64,000 nucleotides of DNA. It comes from Octopus vulgaris (taxonomy: Eukaryota). This document shows positions 24,327 through 38,637 of the stretch, one piece after another. Under the pieces are notes generated by a model. It saw only the letters and a list, made by a program, of their open reading frames with translations, searched no databases and was not told the origin of the DNA. The translations under genes were made by a program, and so were the position numbers. Every line of letters starts with the position of its first letter. Positions within the stretch are counted from its first letter, which is position 1. Where the stretch lies: assembly GCA_951406725.2 (NCBI GenBank), contig OX597816.1, positions 60,946,001 through 61,010,000 on the forward strand, given 5' to 3'.

Positions 24327-27300
24327 TATTATGTATATACATTGTTAAAATATCTACGTCTTCGTTTGTTAATACAGAATAATTCATTTAATGAGAAATT
24401 CTGGAACTTACTTGTTACTTCTAGTTATACGACACGTTAAAATAGACAAATAGGTTCGAAATGCTAACCAAAACAGTAAACAATCAAAGTGACATACAAA
24501 AACAGTGATTAATGGGGGCACATTTCAAATTTTCGATGTGTTTTACGATGGTTAATGTTACTCATCATTGTTTTCCCCTAAGCACCGTTAAGTGTGAATA
24601 ACTACACTTAATAGCTACATCAATAAGAACCATCACATACCTCTACTGGTAGAGACTGCCACACTATAGTCACTGAGTCATGGCACAGCGAGTCAATGAG
24701 GTTGTTCCGTCTGTTGGTAGTGACTGATGCACAACTGTCACTGACTCACTGCATAGAGAGTCAAGGAGAATGTTCCATGTGACATTAGCCTGATTCCAAT
24801 TTTGGAGTACATTCCTTAATTCAAAATAATATCAATCACTTCAATGCATGATGCTATTTAATAGTAATACGTCAGTAAAAGAGATTATTGTTTGCGAGAA
24901 CCATTAGAGCGAAGGAAGAAATGCTTTACGATATTCCTTCTGGCTCTATAGATTCTGAGTTTGGATCCCAACCTTTTGAGGTCGATAAAATAAAGTACCA
25001 GTCAAGTACTGAGATCGATGTTATTGAATATCCTCAGCCCTCAAATTTGCTGGCCTTGTGCCTAAATCGGAAACAGTCATTATTATCGTTGTAGAGGGTT
25101 TCCAATTCTTGTCAGCCTCATCTTTTTCAAGGCCTTTGATTCATCTACAACCTTTACTGCCACTAAAAAATTATGCTTCCTTAAGTACATAGTTATTTTG
25201 TTTATTAAGTCAATCCAGTCCTGCTCTATCACACTCAGCATCAATTAGAACATTTTCCTAATGTTTCTTTTCTTCATTTCTTTTTTTAACCATTAAAGGA
25301 TAATTTAAGAGAGGTTTTAGCTGCTATGTTACCTTGTCAAATAGCTCAAGAGATTCCCTCGTCAGTCAGAATACCGGAGGGAAAGGAACAGACTGAAACT
25401 GCTTTCCTGCTCTAACTATGTGTTAGACCATAGAATGCATAGTGTGGTACTCAGTTACATAGAAGCATGATGCACTGCAAATCTGGATCTGTGACCACAC
25501 CTACTTATACAATTAAAACTTTATCAGATATGATCTGAGGCAACATGGCTAGGGACCAGGGGTTATCTATAACTTTTAATAAACTATCTGAATAGTTCAT
25601 AATCTTAAATTCAACTGTTGTTAATTGTTCTTTTGTACGAGAAATCTGAAGTTCTGGTTCCTAAACAGTTAGCCAATATTTTCTCTGTACCGTGGTCTAT
25701 ATATATATATATATAAACTGCCATAATTAGTCAAAATTGATTATCTACTCCCTGTTTGCATACCAAATAAGTACTATTCTCATATTGTTACAGGCTATGG
25801 GAAATTCCAAAATACTTTTAATTTTATGCTCTCTTTTAGATTTTTTGGCTCAAGTCCATTTTACCAAGTCCTAAAATCTTTCTTCAGTTCTTGCAATAAG
25901 AATGTAGTCACCGATCTGTTATTATATGCTTTATTTCCGGGATCTTATCTTAACTATATGGCAAAATTGATGAGAGGTCCTACAAAGAAAGCTGGTATCT
26001 GATCAGCAAAGTTGGGGCTTAGTTACTAGATATATCCTACTCCACACCTACCAGTACACAGACAATAAGTATATAACAAGATATAGCAACCAAAGGCCAA
26101 CAGTAGAAAGAGTATTATAATGTAACGGTTAAGTGAGTGGGGATGTTCCCCTGAAAGTCTCAAATGGCTTTTAAATATTCCTAAATTCATTTTCATGGTG
26201 TGAAGCTGATGAGATTAAAACTGAACCTCGGGTAAGAGTCTCTGATGAATGGATATCTTCGACCTACTAGAAATAGCAACCAAGTCTTAAAATAACACCC
26301 CAACATCCTATAAATGAAAGAATACTTTAGATATTGTATCCTATGTCTCAGATAGCCACGGTTGGAGCACCTTTGATCACAGGTCCGATATGGACTAAAC
26401 AACAAAAGTTAAGAGAGCTGTAGCAATGTTAAATAGTGCTCTATACAAAAACAAATTCCTAAGCAGGATTTGAACTCAGTTGGTCAAATATAACTCCATT
26501 ATGAATGCCTATTTGTTTACTCAGTAGAATGTATGTATGTATACACACACACACACACAATACACATACATGTATATACACATATATAGAGAGAAGGGAG
26601 AGACAGAGCGTTAATTTAATTCTCACTGGATGTGACCACATTTTTCTTTAAAATTGTAATGTTTGTATATGCATATCAGTTTACATAAAATAGACTACTA
26701 CTATCACAAACACACAGGCATGTGTCTATAAATTGTCGGTTTTATGGAAAATGATATTCATTTACAAACAAATTTTAAAGAAAAATATGCGGTGACATCC
26801 AGTGGGAATTAATCTCTTTCCCCCACCCCATATGCGTGTGCATATTATACACATTTAAATATAAAATTATACAGACAATTACACCATACATATACACGCA
26901 CACAATTATGCAAACCACACAATATATACATCACACACACATATATGTTATACATATACACATACTACGCACGTGCTTTATGGTAAATACATGTAACAAA
27001 AGAACTAAACATTAACGAGTAATCCACTTGCTAAATTGCAGGTGTGAAACAAGATAAGGGTTAGACTACAACAACACCTAAACACATTTGTAACAAAGAA
27101 CCTAGCATTAGATGGTGAGCTGTGGCGTAGTAGTAGTGAATGGAGGAAGAATAGGCTCTAAGACAGCGAAAGGGATCGATCTGTTCATTGTTAGATAAAC
27201 TGAGCAACAATAGAGGATAAAATGTGAGAGGAGGTATATTTCAAAGACCCTAAATCCATAATAATAAAAGTATGGAAAATTTAAAGAGCGCGTTTGTGTG

Positions 27301-27704
27301 TGAGTGTGATTTTTTTTTCTCTTTCAATTAAAGGAGAAGCTCAAAATAGCTACAAATACGCAAAAATTTGACAACTGTTTATTTAATCAGACCCCCCACT
27401 ATATATATGTGTGTGTGTGTTCACACTCACAAAAAGCACGTTCACACATACATGTACGTATCATACAGATGTGTGTGTGTGTATTTGTAGTAGGAACGGG
27501 ATTTCTTTAGATAGTCTTGAAAAAATAGGCGTCGATATTAACTTTCCATTTAGCAGTTGTGAAGGAAAATACCTTTATCTTTCTCGTGTATATGTCAAAA
27601 GAGAGAGAGAGAGAGAGTAAAAAATAAGAGAGAAAGAGAAAGTAGCAGAGTGAACAATGCAGTTTCGATTTTCCAAAGATTTGAAGACATTCTACTTGGC
27701 TTAC

Positions 27705-28315
27705 GTCGTTAATGACCAGAGGAAAGGCATAACTGTCACAACGAGCAATTTCTCTTCTTTTCTAACAAACAGACTCGGAGGTGTATGAAAATATGTATGA
27801 GAAGGCTTTTCGGAAAGAAGAAAAAGTGTGACACATGAGAACACATGCGCTTACTTGTTACACGTAGTTTACAAACAGTTTTGTCATTTTTTTTTAATCT
27901 GTCACGAAATGCTTGAAATTATGTTATACTCAGTATTCTATGCAGTAGAGTTGGAATGGTCACTTACCAATGTAAATATAAGATATCCAGTAATTTTGAT
28001 AGGATTGTTTGCTTGATGTATATATATATATCATAAGAGATATATGTATATATACACGTGCGTAATTATGTTTATATATATATATTTATAATGTATAAAT
28101 TTAAATATATATATATATAATGGGGTATTTTTTTCTTGTAGTTATAAATGTACGGCTTTGGTATGGAGATTCGGTTTATACTTTGGTAATTTACTCTGTA
28201 GAAGCGAGAGGATCGTTTACAGAAAATCTAATTCCGTCTTTTCGTCTGCCATGTTGTTATAGCTTACATCCGGGTTCTTGCCTCCGACCGTCTGCTAGCC
28301 AGAGACTAAGCAGTT
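27705..28315 (-). promoter_or_regulatory. Candidate minus-strand promoter / first exon
   Basis: Inr-like TTAGTC (28304-28309), ACCCGGATGT (ETS-like), AACATGGC, donors GTAAGC at 28267 and 27704; GA-rich tract upstream. Confidence 0.4.
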
Positions 28316-30121
28316 GAGGGGTAGGAAGAGGCAGCGTGTAAAGAGAGGGCTGTAGGAAGAAAGAGAGAGGGAGATGGGAGAGAGAGAGAGTGCGTGAGGG
28401 AATGGTGAAAGAAGAGTGGATGAATGGGAGAGAAAGAAAGTATGAGAGAGAAGGAAAGAAGCGGTGAAAGAAAGACGGATGAATAAGAAAGTAGGAGAAA
28501 ATTTATTAAAAAAAAAATGAAAAGAAAGAAGAGGAATAGGAATAAGAGAAAAAGAAATCGAGCGAAAAGCTATGTGAAAAGGAAAGAAAAAGAAAGGGGT
28601 GAATTAGTAAAGAAGAAAGGAAACCATACAAGAAGAGAGGAAGAGATAAAAAATAATTATTGAATAAATGAATGAAAAAGAAAGGAATATGATAAGATTG
28701 ATGAAAACAGAAAGTAACTCGAAAGTAGGGGAGGAATACAAAGAAAGAAAGGTGCTGGGAACGATATAACGAAAACGAATGAATGAGAGAGAAAGAATGT
28801 AAGCAACAACCGGTTGTGAAAAGGCACAGTAAAGCGATAGAAAAAAGGTACTAAGGAGTAGTTGCGAGCGTAAAAATATAACTATGAAGAGAGTAAGAAA
28901 AGTGTGAGAACAGCAACCAGATGTGAAGAGAGCAGACTGCCTGAACTCATCCCTGGTTTAATGATATAAGTTTCCTGTAATAAAATTATTTAAATTAAAA
29001 CTTCCAGCAGAAATTTCATGTTAATACCGTTTTAATAATGACAAAGATATTTTATTAAATTCTACATTATTTTTAAGATCAATTGAAACAAAGTTTTGAT
29101 AGAAATATTGTAATAAAAGAGTTAAAGCAATAAGGATGTAATAGGGAGGGATATACCAAAGAAGCATATGAGAAAGAAGGGAGAACGAAAGAGAAGGTGA
29201 AAGGGATATAGGAAGGAAGGTGAAAAAGAAAGAGAAAGGAGCGTAAGAGGGATATCCAACGAAGAGAGTGAGGAACATAATAAAGAGGAAGAGGGGGGGA
29301 GAGTGAGAGAGGGAGAAAGAATGCATGTAAGCAGCAACCGGTAGTATAGGGAAAGAGAGAATATTGTAAAATAATGATGGAGATATAGTAAAGGGGAGTA
29401 ACCGATAGAGAAAGAAGTGATGAGTGAGTGAATGATGTAGAGAACGATGTATTTAAGATAGACATCTAGAGAGAGAGACAGAGACACAGAGAGAGGGTGC
29501 ATGTGTAAGTAGCAACCGGCTGTGCAGAGAGAGAGAGAGAAGGAAGCTAGTAATGCAATAGTGAAACGCTAGTACGAGTCATGATTTGCCATTGAACTTA
29601 CTACAATGAAAAAGCTACTAACCATTGCCACTGAAGTATAATTTAAGAATAGAAATCAATAAACTTTTTATATATATATATATATATATACTTCTATTTT
29701 ATATATTTCCTTTCCCCCGCCATCGTCACTGACTTTCACATCGTCTCTTTGTCGCAGCTCCAAGTGTATTCTCCTGATGTTCCTGTATTAAGGCGTTTCA
29801 AACTTCCTCTTCTTTCAACGATAGATCTACCCAGCTGTTTCTCTTACTAAAGAGGGACTAGACACTGCAATAAAAGTACACAATACTGAATTATTCAATT
29901 AATCTTGCTTTCTTTTTTTTTCTACTCTTTGCATCTACCTTTTGTTAGTAAGCTTGTATTAGTGTTTTCTTCATTGCTTTTATTATTTGATTTTTTAATC
30001 AAAACCTATAAGTACTTTGCTTAGAAAGCATATAAAGTATACATACATCGGCCATAAAGAAATGGTTTCAATTTATTATTGCTGTTTTATGTTGCTTTTA
30101 TTTTTTATTTACTTTTAATCA

Positions 30122-30639
30122 ATGGATGTGTTAGGAAGAGTCACAGTCCAAGAAAATTTTGGTGAAAGCAATTTCGTTGCCCTCAACACTAGCAAAGCTT
30201 TCGACTGTGTCTGGAATGCAAATCCCTTGTTAAAACTGTCTTCCTATGGGAACCATCCGTTTCTCAACTCTTTAGTCGATAGTGTCCAGTCAGATCGCTT
30301 TATTGCGGCCTGTGATGAGGGATCTCTCTTTGGCCCTCATTGTATCAGTTCTGGTGTACCTCAGGATTTTGTTTCCTTCCTTCTATATTCCAACAATGCC
30401 GCCTCTTGTGCAGATGAGACTACCTTTCATTTTCCCCTTACCTTTTGCGCTCAAGCCTCATCTGCATGCAACCTGAGGCATCTCACGAGAAATCTGCACT
30501 GATTCCATAAACAAGTACCTCAACAACATTCTCCAATGAGGTCGACAATTTTGTCTCCTTTAACAAGACAAAAAAATGCACACAATAACCGCAATAACAA
30601 TAAGAACAACAATGCTAATAATTTTGTTTGTCTACCTTG

Positions 30640-30676
<37 letters not shown>

Positions 30677-32215
30677 CAACAACCTAGGGAAAAAAAACCT
30701 ATGAGGAAAACAGATGGTATATAAAAATGCTGTGGAGCCATTGTTGAAACACACGAAGAAACTATGCCTGATAGAAGGAAATTGATTACATTTTTGAAAT
30801 ATGCAGACAAAACTACATATAAAACACCATATAATATCCCTGATGAAAATTCTGCACTTCATATAATTATATGAAGTGCAGAATTGACCACACTACCGAT
30901 AGCGACAAATGTAGAATGTGTGGTGTGAGGGGTAGAACGGTAAGGCACATCGTTAGCGAATGCCCGAAATTGGCACAACACGAACACATAAGACGCCATG
31001 ACAATGTGGCAAGAATGATCCATTTGGAGCTTTGTGGAAATCACGGTCTACAAAGAGCAAAGACGTGGTATGAACAAACCCCAGAAAAAGTCACCGAAAA
31101 TGAGAACTGTAAAATCCTGTGGGATGTAATGATCTAGTGCGATCACTTGACCAGACATAGGAAACCGGACATTGTTGTGGTCAATAAAAAAGATAAAACG
31201 TATGATCATCGAAATAGCATGCTCCAGTGACAACAGATCGATGTGAAAGAAGAAGACAAAATAAACAACTATGACGATTTAAAGTGGGAAATACGAACGT
31301 TGTGGTTAAGGAAGAGAGTAGAGGTGATACCAATAGTAATTGGTGCGCTTAGAAGTATCAGCACTCAACTACCCACATGGCTGAAAAAGATCGGTGCAAG
31401 TGTAAAGGAAGAACACCAAAAAAAATCAGCATTGCCTGGAACTGCAAGAATTCTTCACATGGTTCTTGAAGCATGACCAGTAAACAAGTTACACTTTCGT
31501 CTGCTGGCTGTGGACAGCTGACAGTTTCCATCATACCCAGCAAAATAAGCTGTGAGTTTTCATATAAGAATAATAATAGTTAAAATTTTAAAAGTTTTTA
31601 AAAAAAATCATCGCACCTCATCCTTTCCTTAAACATGAACAACATGTAACTAAAACCCTCGCGATCGCTCCCAGTGTTATGCCTCGTAATAACTGAGGAT
31701 CTTTCATAGCAAACACATAGCTTGGCCACCATTTCAAAGGCTGACCTTCTTCAGAGCCAGAAAATACTTCTCCCGACAACCACTAAACATCTATAAAGCT
31801 CAGAAAAGACCCTCATCAAAGTACTGCTCTTATATCTGGGACAGTGCTGCTGCAACACACACAGACATCCTAGTCCGTATCTAGAGAAAGATCACTGAAC
31901 TGATTGGTATGAAGTTACAGTCAGACGTGCTCCAGCTCCTAATCCACTTAGTTGTTTCCTCTCCACCTTTCTACCACTTATCTTATTCACTCATAAACAC
32001 TCGACTAACTCATCTTTCCTTCTCTCTTATTCAACGATGTATTCATCCTTTCATTCCAAACCGCTCCAACCGCTACATTCAGTCTTTTGTTCTCGCGACA
32101 TTGGTCCTCTAGATTTCCCACCAAGCACTTGTCTTTCATGAAGTCACATGCATGCAATAGTTGAGAAGGAATGTTAACGGCATTACTCTCACCTGTCAAA
32201 GAAAACTTTCCTTAA
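30122..32215 (+). mobile_element. Decayed CR1/L2/Jockey-group LINE RT region, split by an R4-like insertion
   Basis: ALNTSKAFDCVW..LLKLSSYG, SGVPQ, ADET in ORF 30122-30502; resumes at ~31625 with RARKYFS..IYKAQ.RP...YCSYIWDSAA. Confidence 0.75.
30700..31577 (+). mobile_element. 5'-truncated R4/Dong-like non-LTR element (CCHC knuckle plus restriction-like endonuclease)
   Basis: CRMC..TVRHIVSEC, RRHDNVA, KILWD, RKPDIVV, IIEIAC, K..Y.DL..EI, PIVIGAL; (TAA)n upstream and a taataat tail; stops and frameshifts present. Confidence 0.85.
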
Positions 32216-32239
32216 GACCTAGCTAATTATAATTCTTCC

Positions 32240-32440
32240 TAATTTTTTGGTACAAGGCCGGCAGTGTTGAGAGGAGGAGCAAGTCGGTTATTGTGCTCAT
32301 ATAGTGCTTACTTTATCGATCTCCAAAGGGTGAAATGCAAAGACATCCGTGGCGGCATTTGAACTCAGAGAGTAAAGCTGGAAGAAATGCTGCTATGCAT
32401 TTTGTCCGACGAGCTCCCGACTCTGCCAGCTCGCTGCCTT
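32240..32440 (-). mobile_element. Older SINE-B variant (ggccttgtacc-type tail)
   Basis: ctgccagctcgctgcc head, tttgaactcag B box; similar copies near 12340, 24895, 36880, 62030. Confidence 0.7.
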
Positions 32441-33850
32441 GGTCTAACTGATAATAATTCTTTCTGTTATAGGCACGAGGCCTGAAATGGTGGGAGGGAA
32501 GAGGACAAGCTGCACTTAGGTGTGTACAAGCTGACGGTCGTGGAAATTTCTTTGTCACGCCCTCCTTGGCGCCCCCTAGCACATGGTGCTCCGGGCGACT
32601 GCCCGAGTTGCCGGTACGTTGAGCCGGCCCGGCCCATTCCTACTGTAATGTTTCTACTTATTTACTACCTAATTGTAAAGTATTTTGTTCAACACTGGCG
32701 GCTTCTCGCAATCTTTGCTCTATTTTATTTTAAGAGTAAAGCTTATGATCTGATGCACGGATGTTTTTACTATTCTATCACTTCAGTTAGAGTAATAATA
32801 ATAAGCCCCGTTTAACATCATTACCTGGTACTTTAGTAGAGTCTACTCTGTTGCAAGCATTCGGGCCAGTCTTTGGTTTAAGGAAACATTTTCCATCCTC
32901 TCTCACTCCCACCAATCTCGGAAACCCTATAAGGAGTTATAAGCACTGCCTTCCCTCCTGACTAAAAGATCTTTTTATCAAAGTGGTTAAAAGGAACTAG
33001 ATGAGTGTACCGAACGAAAATACATCTTGCTATTTAGTTATTCCATACATTCTAAATCGTAATTGGTGGACAATAGCGTCGTTGGTCGTGGGTTTCCAAT
33101 GGACCAATCACTAGTTCACTGCTTCTCTCACTGTCAGAGTCATTTATACGCCATACAGACTGGGTAACCGGTCCTATCAGTCTCAGAGACGAGACAGTAC
33201 TCACTATCTGCAGTAACCTCAACGTCGTTGCCCAATTGCTAGAAATAGCAACCAAACTTCATTTAAATCGCACCCTAGTGTCTTTAAACGTGGGGAAAGA
33301 TAATGTAGTTCGAAGATAAACAATGTTTAAAAAGACAGGATAGTCGTAGCTGGAATATCTGATGATAGCTCTGCTCGATCAGGGTAAATTTTGAGATTAA
33401 ACAACAATAACAACACACACACTTGCTAAATCGATCTGACAAAGTAATGTAGTGCAATAATGTATCGTTATGCAGATCAGCTTTCCAATAGACGTGAACA
33501 TTTAATTCAAAACCAATGAGAAAAAGAACATTGATCGAAAACTACTTCGAAACCTACAGCTTCTGTACATTGTGACATTTTTACCTCTGATCATTGATGT
33601 ACATGAGAAATTCTAGGGTTTTCAGCCTAAGAAAACACGTTGTCTGCAAATTTAATCTACTAGTAGAACAGTCAGAATATGCAAGACTTTTCTAAAGTTT
33701 GAAGTGTAACTCTATACTGTTGTTGCTGTTTAAATTCAAACGATATAACGATGGAGTTTTGTTTCTTAGGTAAAAAAAAAAAGAAGAAAGAAAACGAGCT
33801 TCTTTCCATTAATATTTATTCAAAAGAATTAAAAAGAACACCCTCTCTCC

Positions 33851-33883
<33 letters not shown>

Positions 33884-34178
33884 TCTAATATTTTATGAAA
33901 AGTCACTTATTTCATTCAACGCATACAAAACTATGGACTCGTAATTGCCTCATATCTGAGAAATTATTCTCTTCTGCCACTCTTCGGAAAATAACTTTAA
34001 TTGGCCACTAAATCGTCTTAAAAAGAACGCAATAGAACTAGAGGAATTATCTCAATATATTTGCATTGAAGAATATCTTCCCTTTACCAATTTTTACTTC
34101 TTAAAATTTCAATTATAATGAGAACGTGGGTGGTAGAGAAAAACAAGCTACATTTTCTTCTTTCAAATAATCACTCAC

Positions 34179-34215
34179 CTGTGTAATTCTGCTCAGTCAT
34201 TTGCGCAGATAGCTT
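34179..34215 (-). other. Candidate 37-nt micro-exon
   Basis: Polypyrimidine ctcttctacttttatcttAG acceptor and consensus CAG|GTGAGT donor. Confidence 0.4.
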
Positions 34216-35599
34216 CTAAGATAAAAGTAGAAGAGTGATAATGGAGAGGAAAGAGGTGTGTGTGTGTGTGTGTGAAAAGAGTGAGAGAGGTGAGAAGATA
34301 TATCAAATGATAGACGAACAAAAGTTAAATAGATGCTTTTTATTATTTTTACACGCTTTGTCTGTCTATATCAGTAGTATATTAGTACTTTACAAATTCA
34401 ATCAACTCCACCACACACACACTTACACATACACACACATACACATGCACGTACACACGCACGCACACAGACATACACATTCAAATACACACAAACACAC
34501 AATATTTCTTTAAAATCGAAGTAATAAACACTAAAGTTGAGCGTCATTCAACCAGTCTCGATGCAGTTTCAATCCTCGCTGAAAACATTTCACTACACTT
34601 CAGTGCTAATAACATTTGAGGCGGCATGAACTTGATAATTTCAAAGAGCTTTACAAATCAAAATTTAGCTGAAAATTTTTTAAAAAATAACATTTGATAG
34701 ATGCACAAAAGCTCTTGATAGAAATTACGACTGTTATTCGATTTCGATTCTCGATTAGTGGCAGTTCACTTCTCCTATGCCACTTATATCTTTTAGAAAA
34801 ACCATCCATGTCACCTAATTTCAATTGCTTATTGCATTACAAGAGAGCGCGGTGCTCGGTACAAACGGTTGCTCGGCTTGGTCGAATTTGAATCTAAATT
34901 TTCCTCAAATCACACCCTACTGCCATAAAAAAAAAGAACACCTTGAGTGGACTCTGTATTTGTGGTACTAATTTTGAGGGATAAAAATGCTACCCCTATT
35001 ATTATATCCGTTCTGGCACTTAGCAGGATAGGGCTTATAATGACATCAGAAGACATCTCTAGATGATTGAATTACGAAGAGTATATTGTTCAATATAAGA
35101 AAAGTTAACCTATCTGCAAAGATAAATGGATTTGCTGAGTATCTTTTGAAGCTCAGTTTAAGATTCAAAACTTAACCAAGCAGGAGAAACTAGTTTGAAG
35201 GTTATGCGATTCAAAAAATAATAACTTAAACGTTATAAGGTGTAGAAAATACCTTACTAAACGTTCGATTTTGTTTCCTTGTTCCTTCTTTGACGTTAAC
35301 CAAAGAAGTCGAGAGTGCACGAGAGAATGCGGTAAGCCGAGAATATTCTCAAAGGCATTCTTTTTCTTTACTCATCATGGTGATGCTTCCATCTTCTATG
35401 TCTGTACTTTCTGATGATTTAAATGAATTTTTTGCAGAGCCTGCACTGAAAGTGTGGAGTCGTTCATGTCTAAGAAGTTGATCCCATTCTATTATTTTCC
35501 TTCTGGCTCTTAGTTCTTTAGCCAGCTGGTATCGAACAAGATCTACAGTAACCGCTCTTTCACTGCATGCTCGCCTCTACTTCTTACGGCAGTATTTTG

Positions 35600-36070
35600 T
35601 TCAACTCCAACTCCCTTGATGAAATCATCAACCAACAAAGAGCAGTCCACATAAACTTTTGGCTTCTATCGCACCGCGTCTCTCACAATCATAACCTAAT
35701 GTTCGAAACTAAATTCATGATGTTTCAGCTTGTTATGCGCTCCACACTACTCTATAGCGGCGAAAACTTGGGCAGCATACCAACATAAAATACGTCGATC
35801 AAAAAATTTCATCGAACAAAACTGTAACTGATTTTTAATATCAGAATGGATGACAATGTTACAATGAACTATTTGCAAGAACAAAATCCATGGAAATCAA
35901 ATCCGTTGTTGAAAAAAAAAAAAAAACTTGAACTCCGATGGTTGGGACATGTAAAAAGGATGCTAAACATGAGAATACCTAACCAGATCTTGTACTCCGA
36001 GCTTGCAGTCTGTCATCGCCCAACATGTTCACCAAGAAACGCTTCTGCGAACTCGATCAAGAAAACTATG
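35600..36070 (+). mobile_element. RTE-clade LINE C-terminal remnant
   Basis: RSTLLYSGE, LRWLGHVKRMLNMRIPNQILYSEL, PR.RF. Confidence 0.8.
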
Positions 36071-37217
36071 CCATTGTCATTCCTGTTCCCAGCTTGTCTA
36101 ACCAAAGTCCGCATTTCTGTTTATTACATGGGTCGCCAAAGGAATTACAGGGGGTCGATAATAGCCAAGGGATCGAATGGGGGTCGGCGGGCGAAAGACC
36201 AGTTCACCCATATGAACTGCTTGAAATACTTGGTCAGCGCCATACCCATCCCTCACATTGATGTTGTCAATTTTAATAAAAGATATTCCAGCAATATAAT
36301 GCGTTTTTCACATTTTCTAACCATGAAAACAATTTCATAAGAATTGGAAGTTTAATATTGTATACTCGTACACGTAGTTTTATAGGTAAACAGTGTGTCA
36401 TCTTCAATAGAATTTCTTAATTTGTCGTTCGTGTATGTTTTAGCTAATATTTAAATAACCAGTCTCAGTACCCGGTATGCATTTAAGATATAGTACGGTA
36501 GGGTAGGGTATTAAGATATTTTAAATGAAGAAGGTGGTCGATGCGGAAGAAGAAGTGGCTAAAAGGGGTCGATGGTCGAAAAATCTTGGCGACTCCTGGT
36601 TTAATATGAAGAAGATTATTCTATGAGCAGTCCTTGCTTGTGAATGACGTTAACAAGTCAAAAGAATCCAATACATGGAAGTATAGTTTTTTAACCAAAC
36701 CTAAAATCTAATCGATATAATCTGCCTCAATATTTGACAAGTATTTATTTCATCGACCCTGAAAATATAAAAGACAAAGTCGACTCGGGGTTTTATTTGA
36801 GCTCAAAACATAAAGGTATTCGGTTTAGGGTTCTACTGCATCTCTCATTCCATCATTTTAAAGTCTGCCTAAATATTGGCTTCTAACTTGAGCACACAGT
36901 AACAAATCTTCTAGGAGATAACACTCGGTTATATTGACTGCGTCCTTCACTGGTATTAATTTTATCGACTCTCAGAAAGAGGAAAGCCAAAGACGTCATG
37001 GCGGGATTCGATCTAATAAGGAAGAGGCACGTGATCAAGCACCATCAGACACATTTAGTCTCAAATTCAACCGTTTCTGCGAAATACACACACACATGCA
37101 CACGCACACAGATGAAGCGGCGAAAAGAAAAAGAGATAGTAAGCAGAAGACGGCGTAAATAAAAGTTGAGGTGAAAAATATCTCAAAATCTTAGAATAAG
37201 GGTGAGCAAGGCAAGAA

Positions 37218-37281
37218 GAAGGAGGAGGAGGAGGAGGAGGAGGAGAAGAAGAAGAAGAAGAAGAAGAAGAAGAAGAAGAAG

Positions 37282-37311
<30 letters not shown>
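37218..37311. repeat. (GAG)n(AAG)n microsatellite
   Basis: Direct reading. Confidence 0.95.
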
Positions 37312-37313
<2 letters not shown>

Positions 37314-37659
37314 TAAATGTATATGCAAATTCTATCAGTCAGGCTGTTTAAATTCTAAAGTTGCCTCACTTTCTTAGCAAGACATACACTATCTACTGTC
37401 TTTTTTTTTCTAGATTCATATTGCAGACTATAGAAATAAAAGAAATTATAATAAATTGGTAACGTTTTGTTCGTTAACAACTGACTTCCTTATCAACACA
37501 ATGCTGTCTCAAGAAGAAAAACTAGTAAATGTTGCATCTAATGAGAAATTTCATTATATTCCACCGCCACCCGCTGGCCTCAATCCACGACACAAATTGT
37601 CTTGTAAGAAAACACAAAGCTTTACTTGCTGAACGCATTTGAACGTTTCCTTTATATAA

Positions 37660-37708
<49 letters not shown>

Positions 37709-37839
37709 CAACGACGTACATCTCAACCCATCTTAATCGAAATATAACTCACGAAAAGGATCAATGAATTGCTTTAAGTTATTTGGCGCCACGATGTTAA
37801 CTTGTCGTGAGAAATAAATATAATGTGAGAAATAATATA

Positions 37840-38003
37840 GGCGCAGGAGTGGCCTGTGTGGTAAGTAGCTTGCTTACCAACCACATGGTTCCGGGTTCAG
37901 TCCCACTGCATGGCACCTTGAGCAAGTGTGTTCTACTATAGCCTCGGGCTGACAAAAGCATTGTGAGTGGATTTGGTAGACGGAAACTGAAAGAAGACCG
38001 TCG

Positions 38004-38055
<52 letters not shown>

Positions 38056-38257
38056 TGTGTTTGTCCCCCTAACATCGCTTGACAACCGATGCTGGTGTGT
38101 TTACGTCCCCGTAACTTAGGGGTTCGGCAAAAGAGACCGATAGAATAAGTACTAGATATACAAAGAATAAGTTCTGGGGTCAATTTGATCGACTAAAGGC
38201 GGTGCTCCAGCATGGCCACAGTCAAATGACAGAAACAAGTAAAAGAGTAAAAGAGTA
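37840..38257 (+). mobile_element. SINE-A
   Basis: Full consensus. Confidence 0.95.
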
Positions 38258-38467
38258 ACGGAAATAAACAATCGGTTTATTACGCTGAAGAACATTTATA
38301 GTTTTACCGTTCTTTTCGACGACAAAATTTTGTTCATTATGCAGGTGGGCCAAAGAATGAACTTTCCTGTTGTTTGTAAACATTCCTCGATCGGTCACAT
38401 GGGATAGATACAAAACATACGACAGATACGGAGAAATCAGCGACTGGGCGGTTTTGTATCAACGAAG

Positions 38468-38543
<76 letters not shown>

Positions 38544-38637
38544 AGTGTGTGTGCGTGCGCGTGCGAGTGTGTGTGTGTGTGTGTGTGAAAGAGAGAGAGT
38601 GTATGTGTGTGTGTGCGCTCGTGCGTGCGTGTATGTA

